Of a stretch of 64,000 nt of DNA, positions 45,635 to 59,859 are shown piece by piece (within the stretch, counting starts at the first letter, position 1; each line of letters starts with the position of its first letter). Below the pieces are notes generated by a model. The model searched no databases, had not been told where the DNA came from, and saw only the letters and a program-made list of their open reading frames with translations. The position numbers were made by a program, and so were the translations under genes. The stretch comes from the human T2T-CHM13v2.0 reference genome, Homo sapiens, in NCBI RefSeq assembly GCF_009914755.1, contig NC_060929.1. One strand, written 5' to 3'.

Positions 45635-46058
45635 TATATTAGCCCATTCTCGCTTTGCTATAAAGAAATACCTGCAACTGAGTAATTTATAAGACAAAAG
45701 AAGTTTAATCGGCTCATGGTTCTGCAGGCTGTACAGAAAGCATGGCAGCATCTGCTTCTAGGGAGCCCTCGGGAAGCTTCCAATCATGACAAAAGGCAGA
45801 GGGGGAGTGAAGCATCTTAGATGACATAAGCAAGAGTGAGAGAGAGAGAGAGAGAGAAGAAGAAGAAGGTGCTACACGTTCTTAAACAACCAGATCTCGT
45901 GAAAACTCTGTCATGACAACAGCACCATGGGGATGGTGCTAAACTATTCATGAAAGTTCCACCCATGAGCCAGTCACCTTCCACCAGGCCCTACCGCCAA
46001 CACTGGGGATTATGATTCAACTTGAGATTTGGTGGCTACACAGATCCAAACCATATCA
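45635..46058 (-). mobile_element. MSTA solo LTR
   Basis: TATATTAG...GCTATAAAGAAATACCTG...CAGATCCAAACCATATCA, with a 5-bp TSD GGTAC/GGTGC. Confidence 0.92.
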
Positions 46059-46882
46059 GGTGCAGTACCCTAGTATGAGAGGGTTTATGGAATTGAAGCC
46101 CAGAAGTCATTACTGGAGCAATATCTCCAACTGACCTAACCATTTACAGTGTTTTTCTTTTCATAAGAGAGGGTTCATGAGCTTTATTCCAGTATGCCAC
46201 TTGTGATAGAAATAAGAAGAATGAGTAAGAATAGACGTCAGAGAGGGGAAAGAGTTGGCTATTTTGTAAATATGTTAATTAATTTTTTTCTTGTACACCA
46301 ACAGACACACCCTTACTTCACCTAACAAAAAATGCACTTTAAAAAATTGATGACTTAGAACTTGCATGAAACAGACTTATGGTAATGCCTGTGACTAAAT
46401 GCAAACTTATTATGGTAATGCCTGTAACTAAATGTCATCTGCTGTCTAAAATGGAATTGAACAGAGAAGCCCATATATTTTCCCAAGGCAAACTTTCCCA
46501 TATTCACAATGAACTTAAACTTGAAAAAAAAAAATAGCTCTTTTGTCTGAAATTGCTTTTTCCTTTGTGGTAAATCCCTTCATTAGGCCCGATGGTGAGT
46601 AATGATACATGAAATGCCGAGTACTATAACACTTTGAAAATAAGCATACTTTATTGGGGTTTAAAAGATGGAAAGGTAACAGCTTACTTTCCCGGTGTTG
46701 ACAGGTACAATCAACATGAACAATAGATATTTAAGAGACCAGAGGATGGTTTTTCATATATACAACTTCTCAAAACAGTGGGAGAGTCTTTCAAGGCATA
46801 CATTAATAGAATGCCTTCAGGGAAGTGTAATGACTTTGGCCAAACAGTGCCTGACTGATGCAATAAACTTTTCTTTTCAATT

Positions 46883-46883
46883 C

Positions 46884-46962
<79 letters not shown>

Positions 46963-47018
46963 CTTTCTTTCTTCCTTCCTTCCTTCTTCCTTCCTTCCTT
47001 CCTTCCTTCCTTCCTTCC
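46883..47018. repeat. (TTTC)n(TTCC)n polypyrimidine tetranucleotide STR
   Basis: Direct reading. Confidence 0.97.
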
Positions 47019-47202
47019 ATACATCACCAGTCAAATCAGGCAATTATCCTTGATCCCACCCACCTACCATTTTCTTCTTCCCTCCCCTTCAACTCATTGC
47101 TAGTTCTCAGGTTCTATGAACATTTCATAATCCAGGTCAGTCAAATCTATCTCATGGAGTGATATAAATCCTACCTGTTTTTCCTGGTTTGAATTTTGCA
47201 TA

Positions 47203-47600
47203 CCATTCGTTAATTCAAGTAATAGTTATTGGGCACATATGTTATGTGCCTGTCATTGTTCTACATATAGGGAATATAGCATTAAACAGAACAGACAAAA
47301 ATTCCTGCCTTTATGGAGTTTACATCCTAATGAGGGAAACACACAGTAAATGAGAAATGTAAGTAAAATAAGTATAATTTTGATGGTTAAAGTGGTAAGA
47401 AGGAAAAGGAAGCATAGAAGGATAAAGGAGAATAAGAAATTATGGGGTCTTTTTTAAAATAGAGTAGAAAGAGAAGACTACTGGGAATGTGCTACTTGAG
47501 TAAAATATTTGCAGAGGTTCAGGCATGAGCTATGAAAACACTTGGCGGAAGGAAGCTCTAGAGAGAGAGAAAAGTAGATGCAAATATCTAACAATGTGTA
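47203..47600 (-). mobile_element. L2 3' portion
   Basis: TTATTGGGCACATATGTTATGTGCC...AACAGACAAAAATTCCTGCC...GGAGTTTACATCCTA. Confidence 0.75.
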
Positions 47601-48544
47601 ATCAGAGCTATCACATTATATAGACATCAAGTAACTTCTATGCTTAAATAAATTCTGAAACTTTTGCAATTCTTCCAGAATAACATACAAATATTTTCTG
47701 TGTAATATCCTAAAGTTCATTCAGGATTCGGTTCTGAGACCCCATTTCCTCTTAGACAGCATATTTCCTGCCAGCCACAAGCAGCACCCTGCTTTTCTGC
47801 AGCCCACAGTTATTTGATCATGCCAGATACATTATCACTTTGGATGCTTGCACCTAAAGTTATTTTATTTTTTTCTTTTCTACCCTACCCATTCCTGTAT
47901 CTGGCTACTTTTCCTTCTTCAGGTTCAAGTTAAATACTATCTTTTCAAGGAAGACGTTTCTGAGCATCCTGGTTTTTAGGACATGCAATTGTTCACCATT
48001 GCCTTATCTCCCTGGAGAAGCCTCCTGATTCTTTCCTAGTATAATATGTCTCTCTTTCATTTTTTTTCTACTTCTTTATTCATCATTTTACTGTATATCT
48101 CCTTGCTTAACATGTAAGAAACAAAAAGAGGCCTCCTGTGTGTTGTTTTGTTTTGCTTTGCTTTGATGGTGGAATGGCCTTTCTCCCAGCTCAGCCCATA
48201 GCTCATGCATTCTTATCCTTCACTTCTCAGATGTCGTTTCTTCAAAGGTGAGCCTTCCTTACAACAGCTTTCTTCAAGTACTGTTTCAGAACTTCACATG
48301 CATTAAGGAACAAGCATGTAACCTGAATGTTCAGTGACCCAGTGTGGACAATAAAGAGAAATGGGACTGTCCTTATGGGAGAGAAAAAAATATATAATTA
48401 TGTTTATATGTGTATATATGTATAATTGTATATCTGTATAATGTGTTTATATGTATTACATATATGTGTGTATCACAAAAAGAGTTAATACCAAGAGTAT
48501 ATATAGATGTCCTAAAATCATTAATGATCAAATATTCCAGTACA

Positions 48545-48955
48545 AGCAGGATGGCCACATTCACCTTTCCCTTTCCCTCCTGCCCTGAAGCAGGTCATAA
48601 ACCTTTATTTCAGAGCAGCCTTCCCTTATCCTTATTCTTACCCACAAAGACACAGAGATGCCAAGAAGAATCTGAAAAAACAGAACTTGCTAAGTTACCC
48701 CCAATTTATTCCCATCAGATCATACAGTCTTTGTCCAATCATACTTCTGAGTGACTGCTCATTCTTCATTAAACCTAATCATAAAAAAACGCAGGTTTCC
48801 CTGTTTCTTTGGGTTTTTATTTCTGAAGTCTTCTGTGTCACATAAAATTTATATTAAATACACTTGTCATATTTTTCTCTTATTAATCTATATTTTATAG
48901 GTGCCTCAGCATGAACCTAGGGATGGGAAGGAAATATGCTTCTTTTCAACTCTAC
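48545..48955 (+). mobile_element. ERV1-class LTR (MER34/MER39-like)
   Basis: TTTGGG...ATTTCTGAAG...GTGTCACATAAAATTTATATTAAATA...CTCAGCATGAACCTAG is characteristic of this LTR group's 3' end. Confidence 0.65.
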
Positions 48956-49180
48956 TATTTACAGGTTCCAAGGATTAGGACAGCATGTTTGAGGGCCATT
49001 ATTCCGACAACCACACCAACAAAGGATCCTTCAAAGGACATAAGTAAAGCATTCAAGTCTTTCCAATATTAATATATGTCCACGTCATAACATATTTTTG
49101 ATCATTGGTATAATTGTATATTACAGATGAATTCTTTTTGGTTCTTATGTATATTTAGAGAATAATGGATTTCAGCTCAA

Positions 49181-52020
49181 ATTTTTTTAAATTTTTTATT
49201 TTTAAATTTTGTGGGTACATAGTAGGTATATATATTTCTAGGGTACATGAGATTTTTTGATGCCTGCATGCAATGCATAATAATTACACCATGGAAAATG
49301 GGGTATCCATCCCCTCAAGCATATATCCTTTGTGTTGCAAACCAATTATACTTCTTTCAAAATGTACAATTAAATTATTATTGACTATAGTCACCCTATT
49401 GTGCTGTCAAAAACTAGGCCTTATTCATTCAGTTAATGATTTTTTTGTATCCAATAACAATCCTCATCTCCCCCCATCCCCCAACCCACAGGGCTATTAT
49501 AGATCTGTAGTATAATTTAAAGTCACGTAATGTGAGTCCTTCATTTTTGTTCTTTTTGCTTAAGATAGCTTTGGCTATTCTGGGTCTTTTGTGATTTCAT
49601 ATAAATTTTAGGATCAGATTTTCTATTTCTGTGAAGAATGTCATTGGTATTTTGATAGGGATTGCATTGGATCTTTGGTTTGCTTTGGGTAGTATAGACA
49701 TTTTAATAATATTGATTCTTCCCATCCATGAACATGGTATATCTTTCTATTTTATGGTATCCTCTTCAATGTCTTTCATTGGTGTTTACAGTTTTCATTA
49801 TAAAAATCTTTCACTTCTTTGGTTAAATTAATTCCTAGGTATTAATTTTGTTTGTGGCTATTTTTAATGAGAAAACTTTTTAAATTTCTTTTTCAGAATG
49901 TTGACTGTTGACTTATAGAAATGCTACTGATTTTTATACATTGATTTTTTATCCTGCAACTTTTCTGAATTTGTTTATCAGTTTTCTGGTGAAGTTTTTA
50001 GGTTTGTTTAACTATAAGATCATGTCATCTGCAAACAAGGATAACTTGATTACTTCCTTTTCAATTTGGATGCCATTAATATCTTTCACTTGTCTAATTG
50101 CTCTAGCTAAAACTTCCAGTACTATGTTGAACAACAATGGTGAAAGTGTGTATCCTTGTTGTGTTCTAGATCTTACAGGAAAAGCTTTTGTTTTTTCCCC
50201 ATTCTGTATACTAGCCATAGTTCTGTCTTACACAGCTTTTATTTTGTTGAGGTATGTTCCTTCTAAACCTAGTATTTAATATTTTTATGGGTTTTATTAT
50301 GGAACGATGTTGAATTTTATTAAATGCTTTTTTAGCATCAATTGAAATGATCATATGATTTCTGTCCTCCATTCTTTTGATATGATGTATTACATTGACT
50401 GGTTTGCCTATGTTGAACTATCCTTGCATCCCAGGGATAAATCCAACTTGGTCATGATGAATCATCTTTTTAATGTATTGTTGAATTGGTTTGCTAATAT
50501 TTTGTTAAGGATTTTTGCATCAATATTCATTGAGGATATTGGCCTGCAGTTTCTTTCTTTTCTGTTTTTTTAATGTGTCTATCTGATTTTGGTATTAGGG
50601 TAATACTGGCCTTGTAAAATGAGTTTAGAAGCATTCTCAACTCCTCTATTTTTCAGAATAGTGTGAGTAGGATTGGTGTTAACTCTTTTCAACATGTTTG
50701 GTAAAATTCAACCGTGAAACTGTCGGGTCCAGGGTTTTTCTATACGGAGAGACTTTTTATTATGGCTTTGCTCTTGTTACTTGTTATTGGTCTGTTCAGG
50801 TTTTGGGTTTCTTCCTGGTTCAATCTTGTTAGGTTGCATGTGTCTAGGAATTTGTCTATTTCTTCCAGATCTTCCAACTTATTGACATGTAGTTGCTCAT
50901 AGTAGCCACTAATGATCTTTTGGATTTCTGCAGTATCAGTTGTAAGGGTTCCTTCTTCATCTAGGAGTTCATTTATTTGGATCTTCTCTCTACTTTTCTC
51001 AGTTGGTCTAGCTAAATATTTGTCAATTTTGTTTAACTTTCCAAAAAAAAACTTTTTGTTTCATTGATTTTTGTATAGTTTTCTTCATTTCAATTTTGTT
51101 TATTTCTACTCTGATCTTTATTATTTCATCTACTAATTTTGAGTTTGGTTTGCTCTTGCTTTGCTAGTTCTTTAAGATACATTATTAGGTTGTTTATTTG
51201 AAGTTTTTCTTCTTTTTTGATGTAGACACTTACAGCTGTAAACTTCCCTGCTAGTACTGCTTTTGCTGTATCCCATAGGTTTTGGTATGTTGTGTTTCCT
51301 TTATAATTTGTTTCCAGAAATTTGGTGGTGTGTTTCCATTATAATTTGTTTCCAGAAAATTTTCAATTTTCTTCTTAATTTCTTAATTTCATTAGGAGCA
51401 TATAGTTTAATTTCCATTTATTTCTGTAGTTTCCAAAATTCCTCTTATTATTGATTTCTAGTTTTATTCCATGTATCAGAAAAGATGCTTGACATTATTT
51501 CAGGCTTTTTAAAAAAAATGTTTTAAGGCTTGTTTTGTGACCTAACATATGGTCTGTCCTTGAGAATGATCTATGTGCTGAAGAAAAGAATGTGTATTCT
51601 GCAGCTTTTGGATGAAATATTCTGTAAATATCTATTAGACCCATTTGGTCTAGAGTGCTGACTAAGCCCAATGTTTCTTTGTTGATTTTCTGTCTGGAAG
51701 ATCTGTCTACTGCTGAAAGTGGGGTGTTAAAGTATCGAGCTATTATTGTATTAAAACTATCTCTATTTAGCTCTAATAATATTTGCTTTTTATATCTGGG
51801 TACTCTAGTGTTGGGTGCATCTATATTTAAAGGTGTTATATTCTTTTGCTGAACTGACTCCTTTATTATTATATAGAGATCCTCTTTGCTACATAGTTTT
51901 TGTCTTGAAGTCTATTTTGTTTAATATAAGTATTGCTATTCCTGCTCCTTTTTGGTTGTGATTAGCTTGGAATATCTTTTTCTATCCATTATTTTTAGTC
52001 TATGTGTGTCTTTATAGATG
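49181..52020 (-). mobile_element. L1MA2/3-like element with an internal deletion near 49490
   Basis: 3' end TTTTGTGGGTACATAGTAGG...AATGGGGTATCCATCCCCTCAAGC. Antisense ORF2 includes [10 protein letters not shown] (50012-50218). Confidence 0.9.
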
Positions 52021-52046
52021 TATAGACATGAGCCATTTCTGAAAGT

Positions 52047-52751
52047 AGTAGTCCCACCCATATGTGAGGTATATGTTCCAAGACCCCCGAAACTGCAGAT
52101 TGTATAGAACCCAAATGCTAATCATCCAAACACATTTCTGTTCATTTCACCCACAAATTTGTTGTCTTTTTCATCTTAACTAAGTATTTATCATGCTGTG
52201 TGGCCATCACTATTGCAGCTTGAGATGCAGTAGCAAAATCGGCATAAGTTGTCTTTCTTGTTCACGATTTTGCAAATAGAAGATTCATTCTTACCATAGC
52301 TCTTCAAAACTGCAGCCTATACTTTTTTTTTCTTTACTTATTAAGTTAAAAACTTTCACCTTCTTACTTAAAGGAAGCAGTTTATGGTTTCTCTTTGGCA
52401 TTGCCCAATTGCTAGAATCACTACTCTTGCACTTTGGGGCCATTAATAAGTATAATAAGGGTGCCTTGAACACAAACTGTGGAAACTGTGACAGTTGATC
52501 TGATAACCCAGATTGCTGCTAGCTAAAGTAGTGTATACAGCGTGAAAACACTGGACAAAGAGATGATTCACATCTTGGGTGGGATAAAGAGGAACATCCC
52601 AAGATTTCAAAATGCAACTCAAAATGATAGGCAATTTCAAATTTATAAATTGTTTATTTCCAGAATTTTTCATTTAATATGCCCAGGCTGCGGTTGACCA
52701 CTGGGAACTAAAGCCTTGGAAATCAAAACCATAAATAAGAAGGTACTACTG
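52047..52751. mobile_element. MER44/Tigger7 DNA transposon relic
   Basis: Termini TAGTAGTCCC...GTTCCAAGACCCCC and ...ATAAGAAGGTACTACTG|TA. Confidence 0.85.
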
Positions 52752-53965
52752 TAGTCCCAAAGCCCAAGTTTCCTGTCACTTTTTGTTTAGAGATAGACTG
52801 AGAGGTCATAATTAGATTTTACGATAGTGACCTTGTAAGGTGTTGCCAGATAATGCTGACATCACCTTACTTACAAAATTACATCCTAGAGAGTACCTAC
52901 CTACATAAGGGAACTGAGAAATTTAATAACAAAGTTCTTTAAATTATGTCATCAAAAATTTTCATTTTTGAACATTTAAGGACTTAAAGAATATCTGTTG
53001 CATGAAATCTTTACAATTGCTTATTTGAATGACTTAGGTATTTTCTTAATCTTCTACAGAGTTTATACAAAGAATACTTTATCAGAATTTTACTAGTACA
53101 GTTTTTGGCTACTGAGTCTCCTTCACTTCTCCTGTTCTTCTGTCCCTGAGCCCCATCCCCAAAATAAGCAAGTTGAAAGATTTATAAAATTTTACCACTG
53201 CTGTTTTATAAGGCAAATATATTCATAAAAATCTTTATAATATGATACCATTCTAGTTGTGGGTTCTGTTATTCTACAAGACAAACCTTTGTGCAGCATA
53301 TTCACCCCTCTTTTACTGGGAGTTTAAGGCAGTTATGTTTTTCTTTTCTATTTTACCTGCACCAACTTGATGTCATCTGCACATCTTCTGGGAATTCCTA
53401 TGTGTTTTTTATGTTGCTCAAAACCAAAGCTGTCAAAATTGTTCCTTTCTGAGCATCTGGGGTGAAAGTTTTTATTCAATCTTATTTTCTTGTTAATCTT
53501 TTGATCTGTAGATTTTAGTCATACTTTTAAAAAGAAGCTGTACTCTCTTTGATTTTTTTCCGTTATATTTAATGGAGATTAATTATTAAAATGTCTGGTA
53601 AGAAGTATGGTCCTTCATTCATATTCAACAAATATTTATGAAATTTCTACTGTATGGAAAGTATTGGGCCAAGCAGTGGTTCAGTCTTTCTTGATGAAAT
53701 ATTATTATCTTGTATTTTATGTACTCAAAATTATAAATAAATATGAGCACTTTTTGGAGTTGGTAAAATGTTTATACTTTAGTGCAACTAGGGCTATAAA
53801 ACAGATTTAGTCACTTTTAGTATACTAAGGATTTGAGAGAAAAAATACATTTGGTGGATTTCTAGTTGCCTGACTCACAAAATATTATCAAATTATTTGC
53901 AGTGATTGCAGCATCTAGTACACCCTTCTGTTCTAGAAAGAAAAAAGAGTTCATTTTTCTATTTC

Positions 53966-54173
53966 CATTAATGATTCTCAAACAGAGTGACTTCGCCTTT
54001 CAGAAGACATATGGCACAGTCTGAAGACATTTTTGATTGTCATGAATGAGGGATGGGGTGAGTATTATTTGCTTCAACGTAATAGAGGCCAGGAACACTG
54101 CTATCTCAAAATACACACAATAAAACCCCATATTTGGTTTAAAATATCAATAGTATAAGATTAGGTAACCCTG
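53966..54173 (+). mobile_element. MER20 (hAT-Charlie)
   Basis: TTCTCAAAC...GTCTGAAGACATTTTTGATTGTCA...TAGAGGCCAGG...AACCCTG. Confidence 0.8.
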
Positions 54174-56574
54174 ACTTACATGAACTAAATATAAATGCTC
54201 TATTATGTGTGTGCAACATATAATCAAATAACCTAATGAAGAAAAGGTTGATGTGCTGGGTTAAATTTTTCATATTGAATTAGTCCAAAGTAGGTAGATT
54301 CTTTATTTTGTATATTTAATATAAAATATGTAGTATTTATTTTTTTTTTACATTTTCCTTTAATTTGTAACAGTTTCATTAAATTACAATTGCCATCAGT
54401 TAAAACCATTAAATGCAAACCTGACTAGCTTCTCGAGTATCTAAGGAGACACAGCTGGAATGAAAACAGATGGAAGGTGTAAATGAGAAGATTCGATTAA
54501 CATTTTTTTTCTTCTAGTACATGTTTTACAAAGAAAATCCCCTGGGATTAAAAAGGATACCTAAATTCAAGAAATATGGTGCCTCCTGACTGTGTTTAGA
54601 GCAAAATCTTTTAACATCTTTTTACATCATTTGGAGTTCAGTCCAAATCTATATCCTTAGGGTCAAGTCACAAATATGGTAACAAAGAAATTCTAAGCTA
54701 AGAGCAACAAAATTACTGTACATTAGAACACTAACCAATTTAGTGGCAGCCTGATTATTTCAGAAGTCGTTCTCTACTCCTAACAGCATTATAATTGTCA
54801 TTATAAGATTAGATTTGACACTATGATTCCCAAAGAATGAATATAATAAAAACACACCATTTGTTACAGTGCTAGCAATTATCCTGCTGTGCCTTCTTTA
54901 ACATCTAAAAGGATCAATGCAATGTAGTTAATCAGATCCATTAGAAACATCCTTATTTTGAAAATTTAAGGCCTCTTTAAATACTAATTTAAAATATGCC
55001 AAAATTGAGTTTGGCCATTCATAAGGCTGAGATTATTTTCCAACTGTCCCTTAAGGATGAACAAAGAGCTGTAAAAAATTAGCTGACGGACGGACACCAG
55101 GTTATGTATTTATTTCTTAAATTATTTCAGTAACTTAAAATATTGTAGACGATTTCAGAGTAAAAGATGGTAGTTATATTTCCAGTGTTCATTAGGACTA
55201 TTGCAGATTTCAAGAAAAAGATAGATGCCCAACTTACTGTGGGATAGATTTGGAACACATGGGACATAAAGAAATCCAGACATTTCAGCAGTAGTTGTGT
55301 TCCCCCAGCCAACCCCATATGGTCCACCACTGTCATGAGCCAGCTTTTTTTTTTGTCTCTGCTTCCATTTCTACTACAATTTGTTAGTACTATTTCCACT
55401 AATATTTCTTCCAGAAGGCTTATGTTTGTGGGCTTCTATGCATGCTATACCTTCTGTTCCAATTTAATGTGGATTTTCTACATTACTTCTAGATTATCCC
55501 TTCTCTGTGTGATTTATATTAAGAATATCCAAAAAGGTTTTGTCCACATTGGTGATTTACCAACCATACGAGAGAATCCCTGGTAGTCAGAATTTGCAAG
55601 ACAGAACTCTTTGCAGACAGCTGGCACCTTTCATGTCCAGTTGTACAGTTTCTAGTTGGCTGCCTATTGTTATAAATTCCTGGTTGAGTCCTGGCCACTT
55701 TTTCTAGGGCTGCAGGTTAATAAACATGGAGCATATTAGTGACACCTGAAGAGCAACTGTAGACCTCTTCAGACATGACTTGTAATTGTAATATGTACTC
55801 AAACTTCCTGGGCTTCTTTTGAGTTTATCAAATAATCAGTAATTAGGATAATTCACACTTCTAATCAGATATTTTATCTTGAACCAATCAAATGACCCCC
55901 AAGTAAAATATAAATAGATGAGAGTAAAAGGGATATTATAAATACTTGTGACAAGTCCACAACAGGACTATAACACAATATTTCACTAAATGTCAAGAAA
56001 AAAAGATGACATGTAGCAGGAATTTTTCAGGTATAGAAAATGCAAGTGTGCAAATAGTGGTGGGGTAGATCTTGACACAAGCAAGCAAGTAAACAAAAAT
56101 CCCTTTCTAATGGAAAAATAATAGCACAAGTGTTATTAGGAAAAAATATGTCATTAACATGGAAAAATGGATAATGGTAAATGAGATGTCTTAAATATGT
56201 AGAGTGTGGGCAGAATTTACCAAATATCACCATAACAGGGTTATTCTTTGATGACATAACATACATCAAGCCAATGAGAAGATAAAGTAACATTGAAACT
56301 ATGCTTTTTGGACTAATAAGTTGATACAGGATGAAAATACAAATGGCTGACAAAAACATTGATAAACTTATGAAAAACAGCTATATAATAGGTTATTTAT
56401 GAACTTTTAAATTTTTATAGGGCATAACCTTTTCAGGGTGGTAATAGGGTGGATAATTTCTAGCCCAATAATACTTTCTTGGTTGCTGCCTTCAAATAGA
56501 ATACTGTGCTGATTACTGATTAAAACAGTCTATTTAACATTATTCGTCATGGCATTTCCTCTATTTTTTAAAAA

Positions 56575-57800
<1,226 letters not shown>

Positions 57801-57801
57801 T

Positions 57802-58152
57802 TGCTATAATCTGAATGTTTATGTTGCCCCCAAAAGTCATATGCTAGAATTCTTACCCTCAGTGTGATGGTATTAGGAAGTGGGGACTTGGGATTAGGTC
57901 ATAAGGGTAGAGCCCTCATGAATGTCATTAATGCCCTAATAAAAGAGACCCAAGAGAGATTCCTCACCCCTCTTACTCCATGACGTTACAATAAAAAGAC
58001 CCACCTGTAAATGCGCCCTCAACAAACGCTAAATTTGCTGGTGCCATGATCTTAGACTTCACAGCCTGAGAACTGTGAGAAGTAAGTTTCTGTTATTTAT
58101 TAGTCTCCCAGTTAATGGCATTTTGTTATAGTAGCTTAGACCGACCAAGACA
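57802..58152 (+). mobile_element. MLT1A LTR
   Basis: TGCTATAATCTGAATGTTT...GCCCTCATGAATG...CAGCCTGAGAACTGTGAGAA...CAAGACA. Confidence 0.9.
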
Positions 58153-58429
58153 AACTCTAACTTTAAAAACACAAATTACCGTGCTTATTAATCTGCGATT
58201 GCCAAACTCTCCTTACCAGCCAGAAGAACACCCCCCTTTGATTTTGAAAGTAATTTGCAGTGGCTAAAAATCAAAATCTTACCATGTCTTCACATCTTTA
58301 CATTTTCAATGGTGTCAACTTTGAATTGCATAATTTTCAGAAAATTGATTTATTAATCTACTGAATCCAAAAGTAGAAAATGATTTAGTTACAATTACAA
58401 TATGAGTCATAATATTTTTAAAACAAATT

Positions 58430-58830
58430 ATTTATTAGCTTTCTGTAGTTGCTGTAATACATTACCACAAACGTTCTGGAGGTCAGAAGTCTGAAATGGT
58501 GTCAGCTCATACCAAAATGCTGGCAGGGATATGCTCCCTCCAGAGGCTCTAGGAAGAACTTGTTTCCTTGCCTATTCCAATTTCTACAGCTATATATGTT
58601 TTTTTATTTCTTGGCTCATGGCCCTTTCCTTTATATTCAAAGCTAGCAGCATGACATCTTCAAAATCTCTTACTGCTTCCATCCTCACATAGCCTTCTTC
58701 ATCTTCTGTCTGTGTGTGAATCTCCCTCTATGTCTTTCTTAAAAAGACACTGGAGATTCCATTTAAATTCCACCAGGATAATCCAGGGTAATCTCTCTGT
58801 CTCAAGATCTTTAAGTTAAGCACATTTTAT
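58430..58830 (-). mobile_element. MLT1C/D LTR
   Basis: TTCTGGAGGTCAGAAGTCTGAAAT...GAGGCTCTAGG...GATAATCCAGGGTAATCTC...CTCAAGATC. Confidence 0.8.
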
Positions 58831-58976
58831 ATGCTAGCAACAATGGACAACATTCCTTCCTCAGAGTTCTAAGATACAGTTCCACAGGGCTCCATTTCTG
58901 ACATCCTTGAGATATGAACACCAATTTGGCCATGTGCTTTCTGGAACTCAGCTCGGCAGATCTTTTCTTCAACTAA

Positions 58977-59346
58977 CTTCCTTCCTTTAGTTCCCTCTCT
59001 CCCTCTCTTCCTTCCTTCTCTCCTTCCTTTTTCTTTCTTCTTTCTTTTTTTTCAGACCTAGTCTGATTATGTTGCCCAGGCTGGAGTACAGTCGTGCGAT
59101 CGGCTCACTGCAGCCTCCGCCTCCCAGGGTTCAGACGATTCTCCTGCCTCAGCCTTCCAAATAGCTGGGATTACAGATGCAAACCACCACGCCCGGCTAG
59201 TGTGTGTGTGTGTGTGTGTGTATGTGTTGTAGAGACGGGGTTTCACCATATTGCCCAGGCTGATGTTGAACTCCTGGGCTCACGCAATCCACTGCCTCAG
59301 CCTCCAAAAATGCTAGGATAACAGGCATGAGCCACTGCGCACGGCC
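58977..59346 (-). mobile_element. AluJ-like element with a polypyrimidine tail and (GT)n replacing the middle linker
   Basis: CTCCTGGGCTCA J-type diagnostic; (GT)n at 59200-59226. Confidence 0.9.
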
Positions 59347-59759
59347 TTTTCTTCAAGTTTGTAAGTTGTGAAAACCCTAACTTCATTCCTTTGCATCTAC
59401 CTCCCCAATCCTACAGGTAGTAGCCGCTTGCTTTAATTATTATCTCTGCCACCTGGAAGTTCTGGTTTTGCCTTTTTAGTATGCCGACACGTGTTTAAAC
59501 CATTCCCTGTGTTATCTTCCCTAAGATAAAAAAGAAAATGTGGTATAGGTTGAGATATGAGTGACTTAAAATTCTAAGGATCTGCTTACTCACCAGACAA
59601 ATGTGATTATAATATAAAGCTCTAAATTATTCATGAAACACACACACACTCATACAGAATTGTAATTACAACAAAGGGTTTTGGAATTCAACCAGATTTT
59701 TACTGAACGTTATAGTCCAAAAAAGTTATTAAACGTTTTTATGACATTTCTCTAATCAC

Positions 59760-59769
59760 TGTGTGTGTG

Positions 59770-59803
<34 letters not shown>

Positions 59804-59851
59804 CTTTGTAGAGACAGGGTTTTACTATATTGCCCAGGCTGGTGTTGAACT
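59760..59851 (-). repeat. (GT)n plus a 46-bp Alu fragment
   Basis: GT repeat followed by TTGTAGAGACAGGGTTTTACTATATTGCCCAGGCTGGTGTTGAACT. Confidence 0.85.
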
Positions 59852-59859
59852 GATCAGTA

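Noticed and set aside
46695-47162. ORFs of 74-155 aa rich in F/L/S or K/E/R
   Set aside because: They are translations of the (TTTC)n(TTCC)n microsatellite.
51283-51360. About 37-bp tandem duplication within L1MA
   Set aside because: It is real but is a routine slippage event in a dead repeat.
55127-55586. Adjacent 83-90 aa ORFs as a possible processed pseudogene
   Set aside because: No recognisable protein similarity, polyA or TSD.
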